DNA from: Terriglobia bacterium
GTDB taxonomy: Bacteria; Acidobacteriota; Terriglobia; 20CM-2-55-15
DNA length: 64,000 bases
Assembly: GCA_965198225.1 (NCBI GenBank)
Contig: CBDAOY010000009.1
Span: 704,001 to 768,000, forward strand
Direction: 5' to 3'
Part shown: positions 63,400 through 64,000 of the stretch, piece by piece
How positions within the stretch are numbered: position 1 is the stretch's first letter
How the letters are laid out: each line of letters starts with the position of its first letter
Program-made: the position numbers and the translations under genes
The notes under the pieces: generated by a model
Databases searched by the model: none
What the model saw: only the letters and a program-made list of their open reading frames with translations
What the model was told of the DNA's origin: nothing

Positions 63400-63460
63400 A
63401 TGGAACCTGGCGCCACACTTGGCCACTAGAGATCTTTTCTCCTCCTGGCAGGGCCGGGAC
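63400..63460 (+). pseudogene. Second orphan kinase N-terminal remnant
   Basis: MEPGATLGH* followed by a degenerate EI..G..G segment. Confidence 0.6.
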
Positions 63461-63600
63461 AACGGTCCTTTTATTTAGGTGCGAATAATGAGGGCAATTC
63501 GGAAAGAAATAGCGGAAGAGATCAGACAGGCTGCGCTTGAGGTTTTGCTCCTTCGCGCAAGGTCTGAATCGTTCTCTGGGGCATCGTACGGAGAATTACA

Positions 63601-64000
63601 ATGAAGAGATACCTAGTTACGATCCTCGTGGCCGGCCTCGCGGCTCCCGTCGTGTACGGCCAGCAGGCGCCGGACACGATCCTGACGAATGGCAAGGTCA
63701 TTACGGTCGACGATCAGTTCCGGATCGCAGAGGCAATCGCGATCCGCGGAGATCGATTCGTTGCGGTCGGTTCGAATGCCGAGATTACCGAACTCGCGGG
63801 ACCGAACACGGAGCGCATCGATCTCGAGGGGCGGTCCGTCGTCCCGGGTTTCATCGACAATCATGCGCACTTCATGGAGGAGGGTGCGTACTGGGATCTC
63901 GAGCTGCGGTTCGACGGCGTGGAGTCTCGCCAAGAGGCGTTGAACAGGCTCCGCGCAAAAGCGGACGAGACGCCGGACGGCGAATGGATATTCAACTTCG
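63601..64000 (+). CDS. Secreted amidohydrolase-3 (YtcJ-like), partial
   Basis: Manual translation: signal peptide, NGKVITVD, IDLEGRSVVPGFIDNHAHF; GGAG RBS. Confidence 0.9.
   Translation, partial: MKRYLVTILVAGLAAPVVYGQQAPDTILTNGKVITVDDQFRIAEAIAIRGDRFVAVGSNAEITELAGPNTERIDLEGRSVVPGFIDNHAHFMEEGAYWDLELRFDGVESRQEALNRLRAKADETPDGEWIFNF

Overview
GC-rich bacterial DNA. Oar-type TonB receptors and kinase/beta-propeller paralogues suggest Acidobacteriota (inference). Four blocks. (1) 1-12.2 kb: decayed defence/mobile island with an SNF2 helicase, McrB remnant, BrnT/BrnA, IS4/IS21/IS3/IS256/group II intron debris, toxin-antitoxin pseudogenes and a ~3.8 kb REase-TPR-GreAB-C-PIN gene. (2) 12.2-23.5 kb: damaged conjugative element with a cI/cro-like switch, AlpA, ArdC, a Replic_Relax-like nuclease, VirB2/3/4/9/10/11, a coupling protein and a palindrome-rich origin candidate. 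Its left end recurs as a variant copy at 1039-2660. (3) 23.5-46 kb: host-like genes: NuoG-like fragment, sulfurtransferase, GldAFG-like ABC operon, two tandem TonB-dependent transporters sharing an upstream motif, an intact IS256, a secreted Ig-repeat protein ending in a magnetochrome-like CxxCH motif, a Tat-exported AlkP-fold enzyme and an ECF sigma locus. (4) 46-64 kb: decaying tandem array of Ser/Thr kinase-TM-beta-propeller genes interrupted by IS3, IS1595 and a tyrosine-recombinase + IS91-like element with inverted ends. Many homopolymer frameshifts and abrupt mid-gene junctions suggest some breaks are sequencing or assembly artefacts. All protein family calls come from motif recognition by eye, not database searches.
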